Shown here: positions 53,591 through 54,650 of the stretch, piece by piece
How positions within the stretch are numbered: the first letter of the stretch is position 1
Layout: the number at the start of each line of letters is the position of its first letter
NCBI GenBank assembly: GCA_964418865.1
Contig: CAYQNT010000004.1
Location: forward strand, 4,677 to 59,326
Source of the DNA: an uncultured Rikenella sp.
GTDB lineage: Bacteria; Bacteroidota; Bacteroidia; Bacteroidales; VadinHA17
Length of the DNA: 54,650 nt
Direction: 5' to 3'
Made by a program: the position numbers and the translations under genes
Notes under the pieces: model-generated
What the model was told of the DNA's origin: nothing
Databases searched by the model: none
What the model saw: the letters and a program-made list of their open reading frames with translations, nothing else

Positions 53591-54650
53591 CAACGGATAC
53601 CCAGCGGCTGCTCACCGAGATGAGGACAGGGGCAATGGATGAGCTGACCCGCAACATCATGCCATGGTGGATCAAGAGGATGCCTGACGACCGGATGGGG
53701 GGCTTCTACGGCAGGATAGACGGCCATGATAACATCGTGCCGGATGCGCCAAAGGGAGCAATACTCAATGCCCGGATACTGTATAGCTTCTCAGCAGCCT
53801 ACATGACTGTGAAGGATCCGGTATACCTTGAAATGGCTACACGGGCCCGCGATTATATTTTTACTCACTTCTTCGATAACAAACACGGAGGCACTTACTG
53901 GTCTCTTGACAGTGGCGGCGAGCCCCTGGAGACGAAGAAACAGATATATTCCCTGGCGTTTTTCATCTACGCCCTGACCTGGTACCACATGGCTACAGGC
54001 GAGAAGGAGTCGCTTGACAGTGCTATCAGCCTCTTCAGACTGATTGAGAAGCAGAGTTATGACCATAAGCGCGACGGCTATTTTGAGGCTTTCACACGCG
54101 AGTGGGAAGAGATGGCCGATCTGCGTCTGAGCGAGAAAGACGCTAACGAAAAGAAGACGATGAATACCCACCTCCATCTGCTGGAGGCATATACCAGCCT
54201 CTTCAGGGTATGGCCAGATAACGCCCTGAAGAAACAGCTGGCAGGGTTGGTCCGGATCTTCACTGAAAGGATTGTTGACCCGGTCACTTCACATCTCAAT
54301 CTATTCTTTGATGAGGAGTGGAACTGCCGGTCAACACTTGTCTCTTACGGGCATGATATTGAAGCTTCGTGGCTTTTATATGAGGCTGCAGAGGCTATTG
54401 GTGAAGGTGATAGCGTGAAGGGGGCAGCGCTGAAGATTGCGACTGTGGCATATGAAGGACTGGCAGGTGACGGCAGCCTTTACTATGAAAAGGATGATGT
54501 GGTGGGTCATTTTGACCGCGACAGGCACTGGTGGGTGCAGTCGGAAGCAGTCGTCGGGTTCATGAACGCATGGCAGCTCACAGGTGATAGCGGCTGGCTG
54601 GAGCTGGCGGAGGCAGCTTTCGGGTATATCAGGAACAATCTCTCTGACAG
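53587..54650 (+). CDS. Cellobiose 2-epimerase (N-acylglucosamine 2-epimerase superfamily); 3' end lies outside the window
   Basis: Not in the ORF track because the frame has no stop before the window end. The ATG at 53587 overlaps the GH130 stop (ATGA). My own translation reads [45 protein letters not shown]...[14 protein letters not shown]...[14 protein letters not shown]...[15 protein letters not shown], the AGE/cellobiose-2-epimerase pattern. The frame stays open to 54650. Confidence 0.85.
   Translation, partial: MTTDTQRLLTEMRTGAMDELTRNIMPWWIKRMPDDRMGGFYGRIDGHDNIVPDAPKGAILNARILYSFSAAYMTVKDPVYLEMATRARDYIFTHFFDNKHGGTYWSLDSGGEPLETKKQIYSLAFFIYALTWYHMATGEKESLDSAISLFRLIEKQSYDHKRDGYFEAFTREWEEMADLRLSEKDANEKKTMNTHLHLLEAYTSLFRVWPDNALKKQLAGLVRIFTERIVDPVTSHLNLFFDEEWNCRSTLVSYGHDIEASWLLYEAAEAIGEGDSVKGAALKIATVAYEGLAGDGSLYYEKDDVVGHFDRDRHWWVQSEAVVGFMNAWQLTGDSGWLELAEAAFGYIRNNLSD

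Overview
This 54.65-kb window looks like a Bacteroidota chromosome. Evidence: a SusC/SusD pair, a T9SS C-terminal sorting domain, many lipoprotein glycoside hydrolases, and TAnnTTTG-type -7 boxes. Bases 1-22,700 hold mostly housekeeping and envelope genes: tcdA (3' end), a putative metal-uptake operon (Cys/His-rich small protein, TonB-dependent receptor, secreted HMA protein), kbp, dodecin, mscL, an M48 peptidase with hflK and hflC, a class A PBP, acylphosphatase, glnS followed by tRNA-Gln(CUG), folB, and a Tat-signal enolase-superfamily epimerase. An AT-rich stretch (about 15.1-17.8 kb) carries a TlpA-like thioredoxin lipoprotein and a DUF2975/XRE-HTH pair. It ends at a 24-nt duplicate of the tRNA-Gln 3' end. 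Bases 22,884-54,650 form one large composite glycan-utilisation locus. Its minus-strand module is a NrtR-like Nudix regulator, an SSS symporter, a GH94 cellobiose phosphorylase and GH9. Its plus-strand module is SusC, SusD, two IPT/TIG surface proteins, a 1102-aa CBM-GH26-(second catalytic-like domain)-T9SS protein, GH31 with a PA14 insert, CE7 and GH2. After an AraC regulator come GH5 (mannanase-like), GH26, GH130 mannosylglucose phosphorylase and cellobiose 2-epimerase (truncated by the window end). The best reading is an acetylated (galacto)glucomannan locus with xyloglucan-locus-like exo-enzymes and a fully phosphorolytic end-game. The non-coding DNA is unusual. There are two in-register heptanucleotide arrays (TCAGYCY)n at convergent gene ends, and one of them supplies the last 12 codons and the stop of a CDS. 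There are also 58-bp and 37-bp tandem repeats and a dispersed CCGCAG-N4-CTGCGG palindrome family. I saw no CRISPR array, rRNA, integrase or transposase. All protein calls rest on motif and family recognition by eye from the supplied translations; no searches were run.
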